Below the pieces are notes generated by a model. It did not search any database and was not told where the DNA came from. It worked only from the letters and a program-made list of their open reading frames with translations. The translations under genes were made by a program, and so were the position numbers. Shown here piece after piece: positions 1-12,658 of a stretch of 64,000 bases of DNA. The first letter of the stretch is position 1; each line of letters opens with the position of its first letter. The DNA comes from Takakia lepidozioides. Lineage: Eukaryota > Plantae > Bryophyta. The stretch is taken from NCBI GenBank assembly GCA_030704615.1, contig CM060732.1, positions 6,820,001 to 6,884,000 on the forward strand, written 5' to 3'.

Positions 1-466
1 GGGGATCGGGGGTCAGGGGATCACGGGGGTCAAAGCTAAGACACAAGCGCTTGTCTATGTGATAGGTGAGGCTGAGGCAGCTGATGTTGGAGTTCAAAAT
101 GCCATGGAGGAGGTCTTGCAAGCAAACAAGGTGTTGTTGGCGAGAAGACATGAACTACATGAGCAACGAGTGTCACCATATGCCCCTCACCTTTCCCACA
201 TCGACGTTGACGCCTTCAATTTATCGCAGTTGTCCCACCATGCATCGCAGATGACGTTGCCAACACCCTCACAGGTTGAAGACCCTCAAGCGCCTCAGAC
301 AGAGACTTTTCAAGTGGAATCTCCAACGGCAGGTTTCTACTCACCCATTGCGGAAGTTGATGTCAATCCCATCCCCTCTCATATTGTTCTGCCTCACAAT
401 CTTCTTTTAGACTCCCCAAGGGAATACTCTGCTGCCCTCACTGTCTCTGCTGCCCCTGCCTCTTCT

Positions 467-1505
467 TGTCACGCGGCTTTTACTCACCCATCCCTTCGCT
501 ATCCGAGGTGGGAACTCCAAGATAGAAGAGCTGGAAATCTCTAAGCACTCAGCCCACTCAGAACAATCAGTCATGACCTACAGCTAGTGTATCATGGGGT
601 TGTTTCCTATTTGTACTCCTTCCCACATTCATGTTAGCGAGTTACCTTACTATCTGCAATTAAGTATCAGTTTGCTTCAGAAATCTATCAAGTTCCATCC
701 GTTGATTCCACAGCTTCACTCAGGTCTCTCTACAAAGTGTGAGTATGAAGTATGTATCAGATTAATATCTATCAAGTATCAGGCTGAAGCCATGGAGTCT
801 CTAATCTGCTCTACATTACAACTCTACTGCTTGCATTCATCAAGCATCAACAGATCGTTCTCATCCTACTCCGTGCTCTTCCTCTTTCTACTCAGAGATG
901 CGCTCTCCGCTTCATTTCCCCCCCCAGCAGTGATGCCAGAAGTCCTCCAAGAAGTAGTGATTCCTCGACCTCCCCGCTCTTCGCTTTTTCTACCTACAAG
1001 CTGTTCTAACCGCTTTCCTAACTAACCGTCATCCCTGTAGTACACGTTCCTTTTTCAGATGTCGTTCCCCCACCGTCGTTCCCTGCCAATGATAACTGTT
1101 CCCCAGCTGTGCCGAGCTGTGACTGGCTGTATCAGGCTGTGGCGGGCTGTGACTAACTGTGTCGGACTGTGTAGGGCTGTGCGAAGCTGTGGCGGTTGTA
1201 TCGGACTATGTCGGCTGTGTCGGCTGTGTCGGACTGTGACGGGCTGTGTTGGCTGTGACTGGCTGTGTCGGACTGTGACGGCTGTGTCGGACTGTGACGG
1301 CTGTGTCGGGCTGTGTTGGCTGTGCGAAGCTGTGACGGGCTGTGTTGGCTGTGACTGGCTGTGTTGGACTGTGACAGGCTGTGTATCTCCCCCCTAAAGC
1401 CTGTTGCTGTCACCCCTAAGGCTCCTATTGGTCTCAGTCTGTGTAAAAATTAAGGGTACCCCATAGATCCCGTAAAGCATCTAAGTCCCAAGCAGCCCTC
1501 TAACA
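467..1505 (-). repeat. 3' LTR
   Basis: Starts TGTCACGCGGCTTTTACTCACCC and ends CCCTCTAACA on +; homologous to 8393-9365. Confidence 0.85.
1105..1385. repeat. ~9-10-bp GGCTGTG(T/A)C minisatellite (also at ~5810-6005 and ~9055-9215)
   Basis: Visible tandem ggctgtgtcg/gactgtgac units in both LTRs and just downstream of pol. Confidence 0.9.
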
Positions 1506-1509
1506 TTTA

Positions 1510-1523
1510 CCCCTCCTCCTCTC
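1510..1523 (-). other. Polypurine tract
   Basis: Minus strand reads GAGAGGAGGAGGGG, 4 nt upstream of the TGTTAG start of the 3' LTR. Confidence 0.8.
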
Positions 1524-1964
1524 AAAAAGCCGTGTCCTCACGGTTTACTGTTTGGGATTAGCAAACCATTGTGAGCGAGCACCCTTGTGACGTTGAGAGT
1601 CTCGTGAAGGACTCCGTGTGCGAGCCCGTGTCCTGTCACTGGTTGAGGGAGATGATTGAACACTACCTGGATATGTCAGTCCCTCTTTTGGCTGATATCG
1701 AGGTAATCTTTCAGGCATAGGAGACCCCCGTCGCTTCTTCTCTGCCATCTGAATTGCATAGTCCTCTGCCATGTCAAAAGAGTCCGCTGAAGAACCAGTA
1801 GTATCAGAATCCTCATTGCCTCTCAGGTGTTTTAACGGCCAAACTTTTTGTGGAATCCTCTGGGGCATACAATGTGGTCCCTCCATGTCTGGAAGTTTAA
1901 ACTGTAAAACTTGTTGTAAGCGCTGAATTGCAAAATTGGTGAAGACCCTGAACTCCTTGTCTGT

Positions 1965-4124
1965 CTAGGTGAGTGGTGTACCAATGACTTGTGAATTGTG
2001 CAAGTTTTTCCATGCCTCATGGCCCTTAAAGAAAATATCGTCAGGCCCGAATTTCTGTGTTGACAAATTGTTCCAGGCCGCATTAAACCAGGAATGAAGT
2101 TGGGAATCCTTTTCCATCATCACCTTTGCATCATAGAGGTACATATGAGGTGGCATTGAAGGTAAGTCCCAATGATCCCCATTGGAATAACTCAGAAAGC
2201 GCGATTGCATCTTCTGCTGTTCAATGTGATAACGTGCCAGAAAACAAGCAGTGTAGTATAGCCCGCAGCCCATGACAATACTTGCTACCTCTTTGGTCTT
2301 TGTATAAATGAATCCATGTACAACTTGGAAGACAATTAATTCCTTCAACATGGTACTTGCCTCATGCCAATACCTCGCAAAGTGATGATCCTCAATGGGT
2401 CGATTGTTCGGAAGAACTTTAGTCCTAGTTGCCACTGGCAGCCAAACGCGCATGATTTGATAGTAATGTGCCAACGACCGTGGAGGACTAAATTCCTTCC
2501 AAGCCAAATCCAACACAATTGGAATTTGGTTGAAGAGCATAATCATAGCCCGACTGTACTCCCATGCAGCAGGAGTTTTAGGTGGGTTGAAAGTAGCATC
2601 CCCCCATACCTCAGGTTGTGGCGGCTGTGGTGTGGCTGTAGTAACAATTGGGTCAGCTAGTGGCACAGTCACTTGTTGTGGTATTGGTAGCACTGGCTCT
2701 TGTACCATTGGCATCTCCTGCAACCCCTGCGAAGAAGACTGAAAAGCTAGAGTTCTGGCTTGTAAATAAGAAGCCATCAGCTGCTCCTCAGATACAAAGA
2801 CTCTCTTGTCGATATTTGAAGTGAGGTCCTCCACCTGAGTTTGAAGGCCGTCTACATCTTCCTGTAACTCCGCTATCCTACTATAGACATTGTCTATAGT
2901 AGTTGTGGCAATGTTCTGCACCTGCAGTCTGAGCTCATTCCTCTCGCCTTGGGTGAGCTTCTGTGGTGCTTTGCCTTCCACCGGTCCTTGCGCTAACCAG
3001 ACCTGCAGAACGTGGTTATCCACCAAGTTGGTTGTGGTACCTCTGAGAGTCTGCTCCTCTCTGAGTTTGTACATATCTAACTACTGTTGTAAAGCCTCCA
3101 TGCACTTCGCATGAGGTTCAACCAAACTCGCATAGGCAGCAAGCAGATTATTGGCTTTCTTCCAAGCCTTGTTAGTGACAGAGAGTTCATTTCTATTGGC
3201 CATGACCGTTTGTTGCAATTCCAGAATGTACCTCTCTTGGTCAGCTTCAACTTGCATGTATTGCTTGAAAGTATTCTCATTGCGACAGATTGTATTCTTC
3301 ATATCAATAATGAGTTTTGTCTGCTCGACATTATCTGCCTGTGCCTTTATACATCTTTCCGCTTGGCTGTTAACTTCTAATGTAGTTTGCTCAAGCGTAG
3401 TTGTGAGTGTAGCACATTGTATGGCCATCCAGTCATGCACTGTCTGCAACTCCGTATGTAGTGCATTCACTTCTTGCAACTTGCTTTCATGCTTCACCTG
3501 CATTTGGTATAGCTGTTGCTTATGTGCTTCGTGCAACTGGTCTTGCGCGAGGCCTGCCTCAATCAATTGTTCCTTGGCCAATTGTAAAGTAGCTTATGTA
3601 CTCTCTAAGTCTTGCTGTATCTTGAGAGCAACCTCCTCATCGACCTTGTTTGCACACTCAGTGGCAAGTCGAGCCTCAAACTCCTTCCTGAGTTCCTCCC
3701 TCAAAGCTGCCAATTGGGTAGTTGGAACATGGGATTTGACATAAGTGCCCAACAAATTAAGTGTCCTGCTTATGGAACTCATAAGCATGGCCTATTGAGG
3801 GTCATCATGGTGAGCTTGTTGCTGTTCTCCCTGATCCTCAACATTGTGATGCCTCACGAACCATTCAGGCCATTGCCCAACCAGATTTTCTTCCTGAACC
3901 ACTTCATCTGTCACAGGTGCTGCAGTGTCTTGACATTCTACCTGTGGTACCTCCGTCACAGGTATGTGTATTATATGCACAGCAGGGTTTCCCCTGGACA
4001 ACCGCTGCACCTCTGCAATCATTGTTTCCCTGACCAAGCCAGAATTTTCATAGAGAAGGTCCCCCTTCTCAATTTCTGCCACCACATGTTCTGTAGTGGG
4101 GATATCTAACCATTCTTTCTCCAA
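1965..4124 (-). pseudogene. Fragmented coiled-coil accessory ORF in the 3' region of the retroelement
   Basis: Consecutive ORFs 3792-4124, 3594-3788, 3081-3581 and 1965-3074, rich in Q/E/L heptads and broken by stops or frameshifts. Confidence 0.55.
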
Positions 4125-4403
4125 ATCAATTATTTGTGGTGGAACTGCATGGACAACTTGTGGTAACTCTGTGACAAGCCGATCATCTGGCTATGATGGC
4201 TGTGATACTGAAGTAACCTCCTGTTCTCTCTCCACAAGTTGCGTTGTTTGTACCCACATCTCTCTGTGCTGTTGTGCCCCCTCTTGCACAAGAGTATGAG
4301 TAACTTCTTCCTCTGGCTGTCTCGTAGCCAATGGTTGTGCTTCTAATGTGATTGCTTTCCTCTGTCTCTTAGGCTGTTGATGCTATGCCAATCCCCCTTC
4401 ACC

Positions 4404-5780
4404 CTATGAACAGCCTTGCTCTTCTATGGCAGTGGTTGCTGTCTCAAACATTCCCATCTCCTTCTTTTTTCTCGCATCAAGTATGCACGAGTCTAGAATA
4501 ATTTGAGCAATGATTGGCCCAGACACTATGATAGGAGATTTTGCGGCAGTGCCTTGTAATCTCTTCATCTCCTCTACCAGTCCGTTGTACATTATGTCCG
4601 CCCAAGCGACCTCTTCTCCTCTCAGGGCTTTGAGTATTTCCTCTGTGAAGGATCTGCTCAAATACTGTTGGTTCTGTTTCATGGCAAACAGAACGTTCAA
4701 TACCTGGCCTACCTCCCTTAGCCCTGGGTACACGGCCTTGGTACAAGCATAACCCTGAGTTTTAAAGAAACTCCCTTCTTGGAATAAGTCCCCTATTTGC
4801 AGTCTTGCCCTGTGCTCCTCCACATGCACCTGACCTGATGGCAATTCAAACAATTGTTGTAGGTATAGGGGAATAATTTCTAATTCAACTCCCTTCACCG
4901 TTGTTACCCCTGTCCTAGGCTCAAGGTTCTGCAAGAATTGTAACATGTACTGCCTATGGTGCAATGTCCAATCTTTGCTTTGCAATCCTTCTAATCGCAG
5001 CTCCTTCAGTAACTGTACCGCCTGTGGAGTAGCAATCGTTTGTTTCTGCAGGATTGTGGTGCTCTTCACCCTGATTTCTTCCATTCCTCTCACTCTCTTC
5101 ATTCTAGACCCACAGAAAGGTTTTGGCTGTAACAATTGAAGAAATGCCTGTAAGGCACAAAGCATAAACGTATGGATGCCACAAAATGCTATGGGTAATT
5201 TCTTGTAAGCCTGTGGGGCTTGCAAGCATCGATTAAGAGAAAAGATACTCTCTGTTCTTCTATCCCCGTGCCACTGCGTAAGTAGTATCGCGAGCGTATA
5301 GTCTGTAAGTTCCTCCATAGCTTCAAAGCTATAGCATTGATGGTCTGTCCCGTCGAGACGCCCGTTACTTGGAACGACGCCGACTCTTGCGCTTAAAATC
5401 CCTCCAATTTCTTGATCCTGCTTCTGGCTTATGATTGGCTGTAACTGCTGTGACTGGATTTTAGATTTAATTTCCTTCCATGGATTTTCCACTCTAGACT
5501 GTCCACTAGGATAGCACATGTGACATGGATTTTGCTTTTCGGTACTTTTAAAGGGTTCCGTTACCCTTTCCCTGTATGCATTAATGGGCCCATAATAAGT
5601 TAATGTGCCGGGTAGGTACTTTGACGGCCAATTTTGTCTTCTTCCTTGATGACACTTGGCTTTGCACTTCATGTCCGGCTGTGTGTCTCGCCCTGGCGTC
5701 CACGTGTCTATTTTTAAACGTGCCTCCGTCCACTTTTCCGCCGGCCACTCTCCGGATGTTAACCCACGTCCACCTGTCAC
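4404..5780 (-). CDS. Retroelement accessory ORF; C-terminal half resembles the ATHILA ORF-1/plant-transposon domain
   Basis: QFLQNL...TVKGVELEI..LYLQQLFELP...WADIMYNGLVEEM pattern; lies between pol and the 3' LTR. Confidence 0.5.
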   Translation of the reverse strand: MTGGRGLTSGEWPAEKWTEARLKIDTWTPGRDTQPDMKCKAKCHQGRRQNWPSKYLPGTLTYYGPINAYRERVTEPFKSTEKQNPCHMCYPSGQSRVENPWKEIKSKIQSQQLQPIISQKQDQEIGGILSARVGVVPSNGRLDGTDHQCYSFEAMEELTDYTLAILLTQWHGDRRTESIFSLNRCLQAPQAYKKLPIAFCGIHTFMLCALQAFLQLLQPKPFCGSRMKRVRGMEEIRVKSTTILQKQTIATPQAVQLLKELRLEGLQSKDWTLHHRQYMLQFLQNLEPRTGVTTVKGVELEIIPLYLQQLFELPSGQVHVEEHRARLQIGDLFQEGSFFKTQGYACTKAVYPGLREVGQVLNVLFAMKQNQQYLSRSFTEEILKALRGEEVAWADIMYNGLVEEMKRLQGTAAKSPIIVSGPIIAQIILDSCILDARKKKEMGMFETATTAIEEQGCS

Positions 5781-6139
5781 TGATCCTATGGATTGTGTAA
5801 CCCCAGTAAGCTGTGTTGAGCTGTGACAGGCTGTGTCATATTGTGGTAAGCTGTGATAGGCTGTGACACGCTGTGGTAGGTTGTGATAGGCTGTGTGACC
5901 TTGTGTTGAGCTGTGATAGGCTGTGTGACCCTGTGTTGGGCTGTGATAGGCTGTGTCGCGCCGTGATGGGTTGTGATAGGCTGTGTCGCGCCGTGGTAGG
6001 CTGTGTCATGCCTGTAAGCCCGCCCTGGTCATATACGCTCGGCCTAGCGACAAGTGCTCCATACTCTGTTGGTATCACTGGCGTAGCCCGTGACTGCTTC
6101 TGCGTTTCAACATGCAGATCATGCTGCAATGGTTTGTCA

Positions 6140-6978
6140 TGGATACCACTGTACCCCTTCAACTTATTGGCATTGACTCTTCCCAGCATCTCTTTGTTAA
6201 ACCTCCTTAGAGCCTTAACATTATTTGGTGGTGGTGAGGCTTTAATAGCCTCTGTCTTTCTAGGATCTACAAGCAGTCATTTTTTACACACAATGTGTCC
6301 CAAAAGAACTCCTAAGTTCACACATAAAGTACATTTTTCTGGATTCAGCCCAAGACCTCTCATCCTGCATCTGGCCAAATATAACTCCAACTTCTGCAAG
6401 TGCTCATTCTTAGAGCTATACACACAGAAGTCATCTAAGAACACTTGCATGAAATCATCCAAGTACTCATGGAAAGATTCATTTATCACTCTCTGGAAAG
6501 TTGCTGGTGCATTACAAAGTCCAAAAGGCATGACTTTGTATGCATAAACACCCCAAGCAGTAATGAAAGTTGTCTTTCCCTGATCCTCTTCAGCTACTTG
6601 TACTTGGTTATATCCACTAAAGCCATCCATGAATGAGTACATCTCATGGCCTGCCACAATGTCCAGTACAGCTTTTGTGAATGGCAAAGGAAATGGATCT
6701 TTCTTTGTACAATCATTCAACTTCTTATAGTTCACACAAACTCTCAGTTTGCCATTCTTTTTGGGAAATATCACGATGGGTGATAGCCAAGTTGTATACT
6801 CTATCAGGTATATAAACTTAGCCTCAGCCAGCTTCTTTATCTCCTCTCCAACCTTCTGTGCATAGTTGGGATTCATCCTGTATCTTGTCTGTTTGATTGG
6901 TACGGAACCTGGTTCCGACTCAATCTTGTGCTGGCATATTTCAGGGGGTATTCCCTTCAGGTCTTCATAACTCCAAGC
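6140..6978 (-). pseudogene. pol: Gypsy reverse transcriptase fragment fused to the integrase C-terminus
   Basis: FAWSYEDLKGIPP...WLSPIVIFPKKNGKLRVCVNY...DPFPLP...MDGFSGYNQ...MPFGLCNAPATFQR...FLDDF, then jumps to VNANKLKGY (integrase end), so RNase H and the integrase core are deleted. Confidence 0.9.
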
Positions 6979-7106
6979 AAATGTTGCATTTCAAGTCCAC
7001 TCGTGCCACATTCCAACTTCACATGACCCTATTTCCGTGCCTCCTAACCCTATTTCCGTGGACTCACAATGGTCTGCTCATGCCGCTCATGAAATAGTAG
7101 CCCCCC
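6979..7106 (-). mobile_element. Terminal fragment of an unclassified TIR-type DNA element
   Basis: Near-identical in inverted orientation to 60593-60764; minus strand begins GGGGGCTACTATTTCATGAG. Confidence 0.65.
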
Positions 7107-8372
7107 TTGCTACTGGCCCCCCTGTACTTGCAGTACCCTCAGCTCCAGTTGCATTACTTCCCACACTCCCTTTCCCCCTAGAGCCAGATCCAAGCTGCCC
7201 GCCTGATCCCCCTGAGCCGACACCTGTGTTGGCCTATGATCCAAGTGCTCCACTTGATCTAGGTCCAACAGGTTGGGATGTCCTGGTTATAGTCTCAATC
7301 TCAACTATTGGGTCTACTTCTTCATACTCTTCATCTTCCAAGTTCTTCTCTTAGATTTCTTCTTCCTCACTCATATAACTCAACTGCAGTGGTGTTGGAG
7401 AGTCTGAACTCTCCGTTGGCTCTGCCACATCTTTGTCTTGTGTTTCAGAAACTGGAGTTCCTGCTCTTGGTGTTCCATGCCAACTCTGATCAAAGATTTC
7501 TGTCAAATCTTTAACCCAGGGATGTACCTCAGATCTTTCCCCTCGTGGCTGATCTTCTTCCTGTACCAAATCCCTTAATCTTTCTTGTAAAGAATAAGAA
7601 GGAGTGGCATCCAAATCTGGTTCTTCCGGTATGGGTGATGTACTCTCTGGCCTTAATGGTGTGAGAGGTCCAGATGATTCCCCTATGTCTATTCCTCTCT
7701 CCCAGAGATATGGATAATTAGCTTTCAAATAACTTTCTCTTTTGCTGAATATCTGTGAAGTCTAGCTTCCCTTTCATCACTCATGTCCCATGTCTTTCAT
7801 ATCTTTAATGAGGCAATAACCAAAACTCTCTCCTGTAGTATCTCTTGTATATGCCTGGATTTCTTTCAAGCTTTAATGCACCCTTGGCTATACTAGAAGG
7901 CTCCGTTACCATATAACCATATGGCAAACAGGTCTGAAAAGCTATTCTTGGTGTAAGTTTGATCCACAAGATATCCTTAGGAATCCAATTCTTTACCAGT
8001 ACAAGCTCTGCATGCATATGAGTAAAACCATTCACTTTCCGTTCCTCCCAGCCTTCAAACTCCACTCGTTTAATGGATAGCAACGCTATCACATAAACCA
8101 GTGTTGGCAACCATCTAGCTCTTCCTTTACAGGCCACTTGATAAATCTTTATCACTCATTTCTCCAGACCCCACTCTGGATCAGCATCATGCACTCTCTT
8201 AAGAATGTTTTCCTTGCAACCGTCTGGCAATTCCAAAAACCTCTGAAAGAATTGTTTGGACAATCTTTCTTTCTCAGTTTCACAGGGAATTTGATTCACA
8301 TCGAATTCCTTGATTCTCCATCCACCATGATCCCACCAGATGCCTATCACATCTGGTTGTTCTTGACTCAGT

Positions 8373-8390
8373 TCCCCAGTATGGTCGCCA
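8373..8390 (-). other. Primer-binding site (tRNA-Arg-like)
   Basis: TGGCGACCATACTGGGGA, 2 nt after the CA end of the 5' LTR; resembles Tat/Ogre-type PBS TGGCGACTCCACTGGGGA. Confidence 0.75.
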
Positions 8391-8392
8391 AA

Positions 8393-9365
8393 TGTCGAGC
8401 GACTTTTACTCACCCATCCCTTAGCTATCCGAGGTGGAAACTCCAAGATAGGAGAGTTGGAAATCTCTAAGTACTCAGCCCGCTCAGAACAATCAGTCAT
8501 GACCTACAGCTAGTGTATCATGGGGGTGCTTCCTATTTGTATTCCCTCTCGCATTCATGTTAGCAAGTTTCCTTATTGTCTATGATTAAGTATCAGATTG
8601 CTTCTGCAATCTACCATGTTCCATCTACTCAAGCATTCATTCCACAACTTCACTCATATCTCTCTACACGGTGTGAATATGAAATAGGAATCATATTAAT
8701 ATCTATCATGTATCAGGCCGAAGCCATGGTGCCTCTAATTTGTTCTACAGTGCATCTCTACAGCTTGCATGTATCAAGCATCATCTCGTCGTATCTCCTC
8801 CTCTATGTAATCTCCATCCCTGCGTTCCCAGATCGTGATCTCCCCCGTGACGTCCAAGAAGTGATCCCTCAAGTGCCCGTGACGTCCCAAAGTGACCCCT
8901 TCCATGTTGCTACTCTGCCTATTCTACCTGCAAGCTGTTCTAACCACCTAACTAACTAACTGTCATCCAAGACAGAACGCACGTTCCCTCTGCATATGTC
9001 GTTCCCACACAGTCGTTCCCTGCCAATGATAACCATTCCCTGTGAACGCTGCGATGGGCTGTGCCAAGTTGTGTCGGGCTGTGACTTTGTCGGGTTGTGA
9101 CTGGCTGTGTCAAGCTGTGTCAGGCTGTGACTGGCTGTGTGAGGCTGTGTCAGACTGTGTTAGGCTGTGTCAGACTGTGACTGGTGGATAGGCTGTGTAA
9201 GCCTATGACTGTTGACTGTGTGTGCCTGTCTACCACCCCTAAGGTCTGTGTCCGTCACCCCTAAGGCCTGTGTTGGTCTGAGTCTACCACCCGTAGGTCT
9301 GCGCAAAATTAAGGGTACCCCCCAGAACCCGTAAAACTGTCTAAATCCCAGACAGTCCTCTAACA
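8393..9365 (-). repeat. 5' LTR
   Basis: TG...CA bounded and homologous to 467-1505. Confidence 0.85.
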
Positions 9366-9979
9366 AGATGAAGGGCAAGGGGGAGCAGACCGGAGAGGGG
9401 ATCGGCAAGGGGAAGCAAAGACCCCCAAAGGATGAGGGGGAGCCGAAGCGTGCCACAAAAATCAAGGTGACGATGCGGGGGAGGGAGGAGAACCGTACAT
9501 CGGAGGGGGAAAGTAAAGCTATCACCAGAACAGGGAAGAAACGGAAGGCGAAATCTGGTCGGCCAGAAGTCACTAAGTAAGTGGGCCAGGGCTTCCAACG
9601 ACCAAGGGGGGACCAAATTCATGGTGAGTACATTCAGCAGGGCTTATACGCATGATACGGGGATGATATGGTTGCTTGAAAACACCCTTAACAGTTAATT
9701 GCCTACCTAGCTGACTTCGTGAACTTGTGTTAAATGCAGAAACCAGAATAGACTGAGGGAAAAGCTCCTAGAGGATAAGGGCTCCCTTATTTTCTTCAAA
9801 GGCACTCCACATGAGTCCATTCTGGGTTCATGGGATTATCTATGGTTGTCAAAATTGTATGGGGGAAGCCGGAGATGGGGGGGTGTTTTTGTATGCCAAT
9901 ATTTTGCAGCTATCCCTGGAGGGAGTAATCGTTGCTGGTGGGCTGTGATGGACACACTGATATGGACGTCTTTGGAGGG

Positions 9980-10529
9980 TGCGTCCAAGGACGACCTTCA
10001 CAGGATTTCCAAAGGTTTGGGTGGCTGAGAAGTGCCTGGTGAAGGATCCATATAAGGTTCAGACATGGTTCATCCCCTTGTGCACTGGGTACATCCCGCA
10101 ATCCTCCTATTTTGCAGCTTTGACCGACTTTGATTTGATTTGGAGAATGGAAAGCATTAGTGGTGTCTGGCCTCAAACATATGTGCGTTCTGCAGGGGCC
10201 ATTGGAGTTTGATGGTTTTTGATAAGTCCAAGTTTGTTCATCTGAATTCCATGACATCATTCAGATCCCATAGCCGACTTGCCTTTGAAACGCGTCTTCG
10301 CACTTTTAGAGCATACCTATACAAAGCCGAACCGGACTCAGTACTTTGGAAGGAAATAATGGCATGGGAGTGGCTGGAACCTGAGGTGCCACAACAACCA
10401 AGCGGCTGGGAGTGTGGCTACTTTGTAATGACTTTCATACAAAAATACTTGGAGACCAAAATCACAAAAAAATGGGGGGCAACTTTTACAGCAGATTGGT
10501 TTACATATGAGTACGCAGTATCAAAGTAG
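9980..10529 (+). pseudogene. Ulp1-like (peptidase C48) cysteine protease, probable MULE cargo
   Basis: WFIPLC|intron|GHWSLMVFD...HLNSM...VPQQPSGWECGYFV gives the His, Gln and Cys catalytic motifs of C48; likely GT-AG intron at ~10089-10195. Confidence 0.75.
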
Positions 10530-10719
10530 GATTTTCTTTGTGGATGGATAGTGGATAATTGGGATGATGCTGATTTGCAGCGTAGACTGTCGCATGTGCA
10601 TGCCTCAGATGCTGAGAACGTAGCTATTGTATCTCCATTCCCCACCAAAAAAAAATGAAGCTTGTCCAGTTCTTTGTAATCCCTTTGTGCCTTCTTTGGC
10701 GTCCACTGTGCTGTTTAAG

Positions 10720-11110
10720 GGGATCAAGGGGTGAGGGGGGGAGAGATCAGGGTATCAGGGAACTAGGGGGACAGGCGGGGAGATCGGGGGATCAGGAACG
10801 GGTGGGGAGAATAGGGGATCAGGGAACCAGGGGAATGGGTGGGTAGATCAGGGGATCAGGGAAGCAGGGGAACCGGCCGGGAGATGAGGGGATCAGGGAA
10901 CCAGGGGGACGGGTGGGGAGATCAAGGGATGAGGGAACTAGGGGGAGCGGGCGGGGAGACCAGGGGATCGGGGAACAGGGCGGGAGATGAGGGGATCAGG
11001 GAGGGAACGTCGGGAGCTGGACGGGGGATGAGGGGATGAGGGGAGCACGGGGTGAGGGGATGAGGGACGGCATGTTTTGAATCGGGGGATCGGGGGATCA
11101 GGGAAGTAGG
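10720..11110 (+). repeat. G-rich GGGGATC/GGGGAAC motif array
   Basis: Dense GGG(G)ATC(A/G)GGG units; the same motif occurs at 1-30, 13700-14110 (opposite strand) and 16440-18060. Confidence 0.8.
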
Positions 11111-12658
11111 ACGATTGGGGGATAACGGGTGAAAAGTCGCGTGTGAAGGGGCAAGTTGTGAAAGGTCATGTCCATGTCTTGCGCTATGAAAGGTCACATC
11201 CCTTGCGTGTACAAGTGGTGCATAAGCATGCAACAAAAACTGAAAATAAACTCCAAAGCAAAATGTGAAATTTGCCCAACAATGGCCGAGAGCCGAGAGT
11301 CGGAAGATGACCCAGAGCCCACAAACTTTCGCTTTAGTCCAAGACAGTGTCATTTGCTCTCTGAAAGGGTCGATGATACTGAAGCATCGGTTTTATGGTG
11401 CACTGCCTTGCAAATGCAATGGTATCCTCCTTTTCAAATGGAGAACTTTGAACTGGTGACTTCACGTTGGAAGCGAATGTATAATGGTTATGAGATAGAA
11501 TGGCTTTCAAAACCACATATACGGTGTCCGATATGGTATATACACTATGGGAATCCAAATGGTTCCCACCGAGGTCACCACAAATGTCTCTCATACCACT
11601 GTGAATCTCACAAAACATCATGGGTCACTGAACACAAGGCGCTGGCTTCAATAATTGCCCCGCCGGATGACAGCCGCACTGCCTTGTTGAGCGAACTCTT
11701 TGGGTGATACATGGGGGAGCAGTGCACGGTGAAGGGGACCGGGCATATCAGTCCATTGCAAAGCCGCAGGGGATCGGGGGATGAGGGGGAGCACTGAATG
11801 TGAAGGGGATCACGGGGAGCTGAGCACAACGTCGGGAAGCATGGGTGTGAGGGGGCCACCTGTGCTGAGAAGGGGGATGAGGGGGATGAGGGAACCTCTG
11901 CAAGCTCAGGGGAGCAGAGGCCGAAGCACTACACGAAGAGGGGGATGATGGGAGGAGGGGAGCAATGTGCTTGCAATGCAAAAATGGTTGGAGGGAACAC
12001 ACTACAGACTGGTGGCAACCGTTTTTCAGTATTGGAATTCATGAGTGTTAATTTAAAGGCTAAACATAATAGTGCACGGTAATTTGTGTTTTGCACATCA
12101 CTGCAAATGCATGCATACAGACTCAATTGCAATAAAAGGTGGATGATCATCCACATCTCTTTCATTCCATTGTGAATCACACAACACATGGGTCACTGAA
12201 CATAGCTTCAGTCATTTTGAATTATGAGAAATTGTTTGATACCAAATGTTTCGATGAGAATGCAATCTCAGGGAAATCAGCAATCTGAATGGGAGCACGA
12301 GAGCATAAACCTGCTTGCTCTCAACCCTTCAATCTGGGACGCCCAACTTGACGAAGTGCATGCAAAATAGACGAAGATGGAGGGACTGCTGAGACTCTTT
12401 TTGATCCAAGATGTCTTGATTTCCGTGACATAAAAACCTCTACCCAATCCTTTCTTCTCTTCAAACTCATTCCCGATCCATCCTGAACACGTTCAAACCT
12501 TCTAACAAGATGTGGGTGGAGAAGACCCGCAGCCATGCGTGTGGCCATTTGCGCTAGCTTTCCTCATGTGACACGAAGGTCACTCAAAAGATGGTTCTGA
12601 AGGGCCATGTTACCTTTCACACAGACTTCCAAACCGCGCATCTCCTCTGCGATGGCCT

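Larger units (their letters stand above)
467..9365 (-). mobile_element. Internally deleted Ty3/Gypsy LTR retrotransposon, Athila/Tat-like
   Basis: Two ~1-kb direct repeats with TG...CA ends (467-1505, 8393-9365), a PBS next to one and a PPT next to the other, a Gypsy RT fragment, and extra ORFs 3' of pol. No matching TSD (left CTTCT, right AGATG). Confidence 0.85.

Noticed and set aside
1059-1413. Cys-rich metallothionein-like ORFs
   Set aside because: These are translations of the GGCTGT minisatellite.
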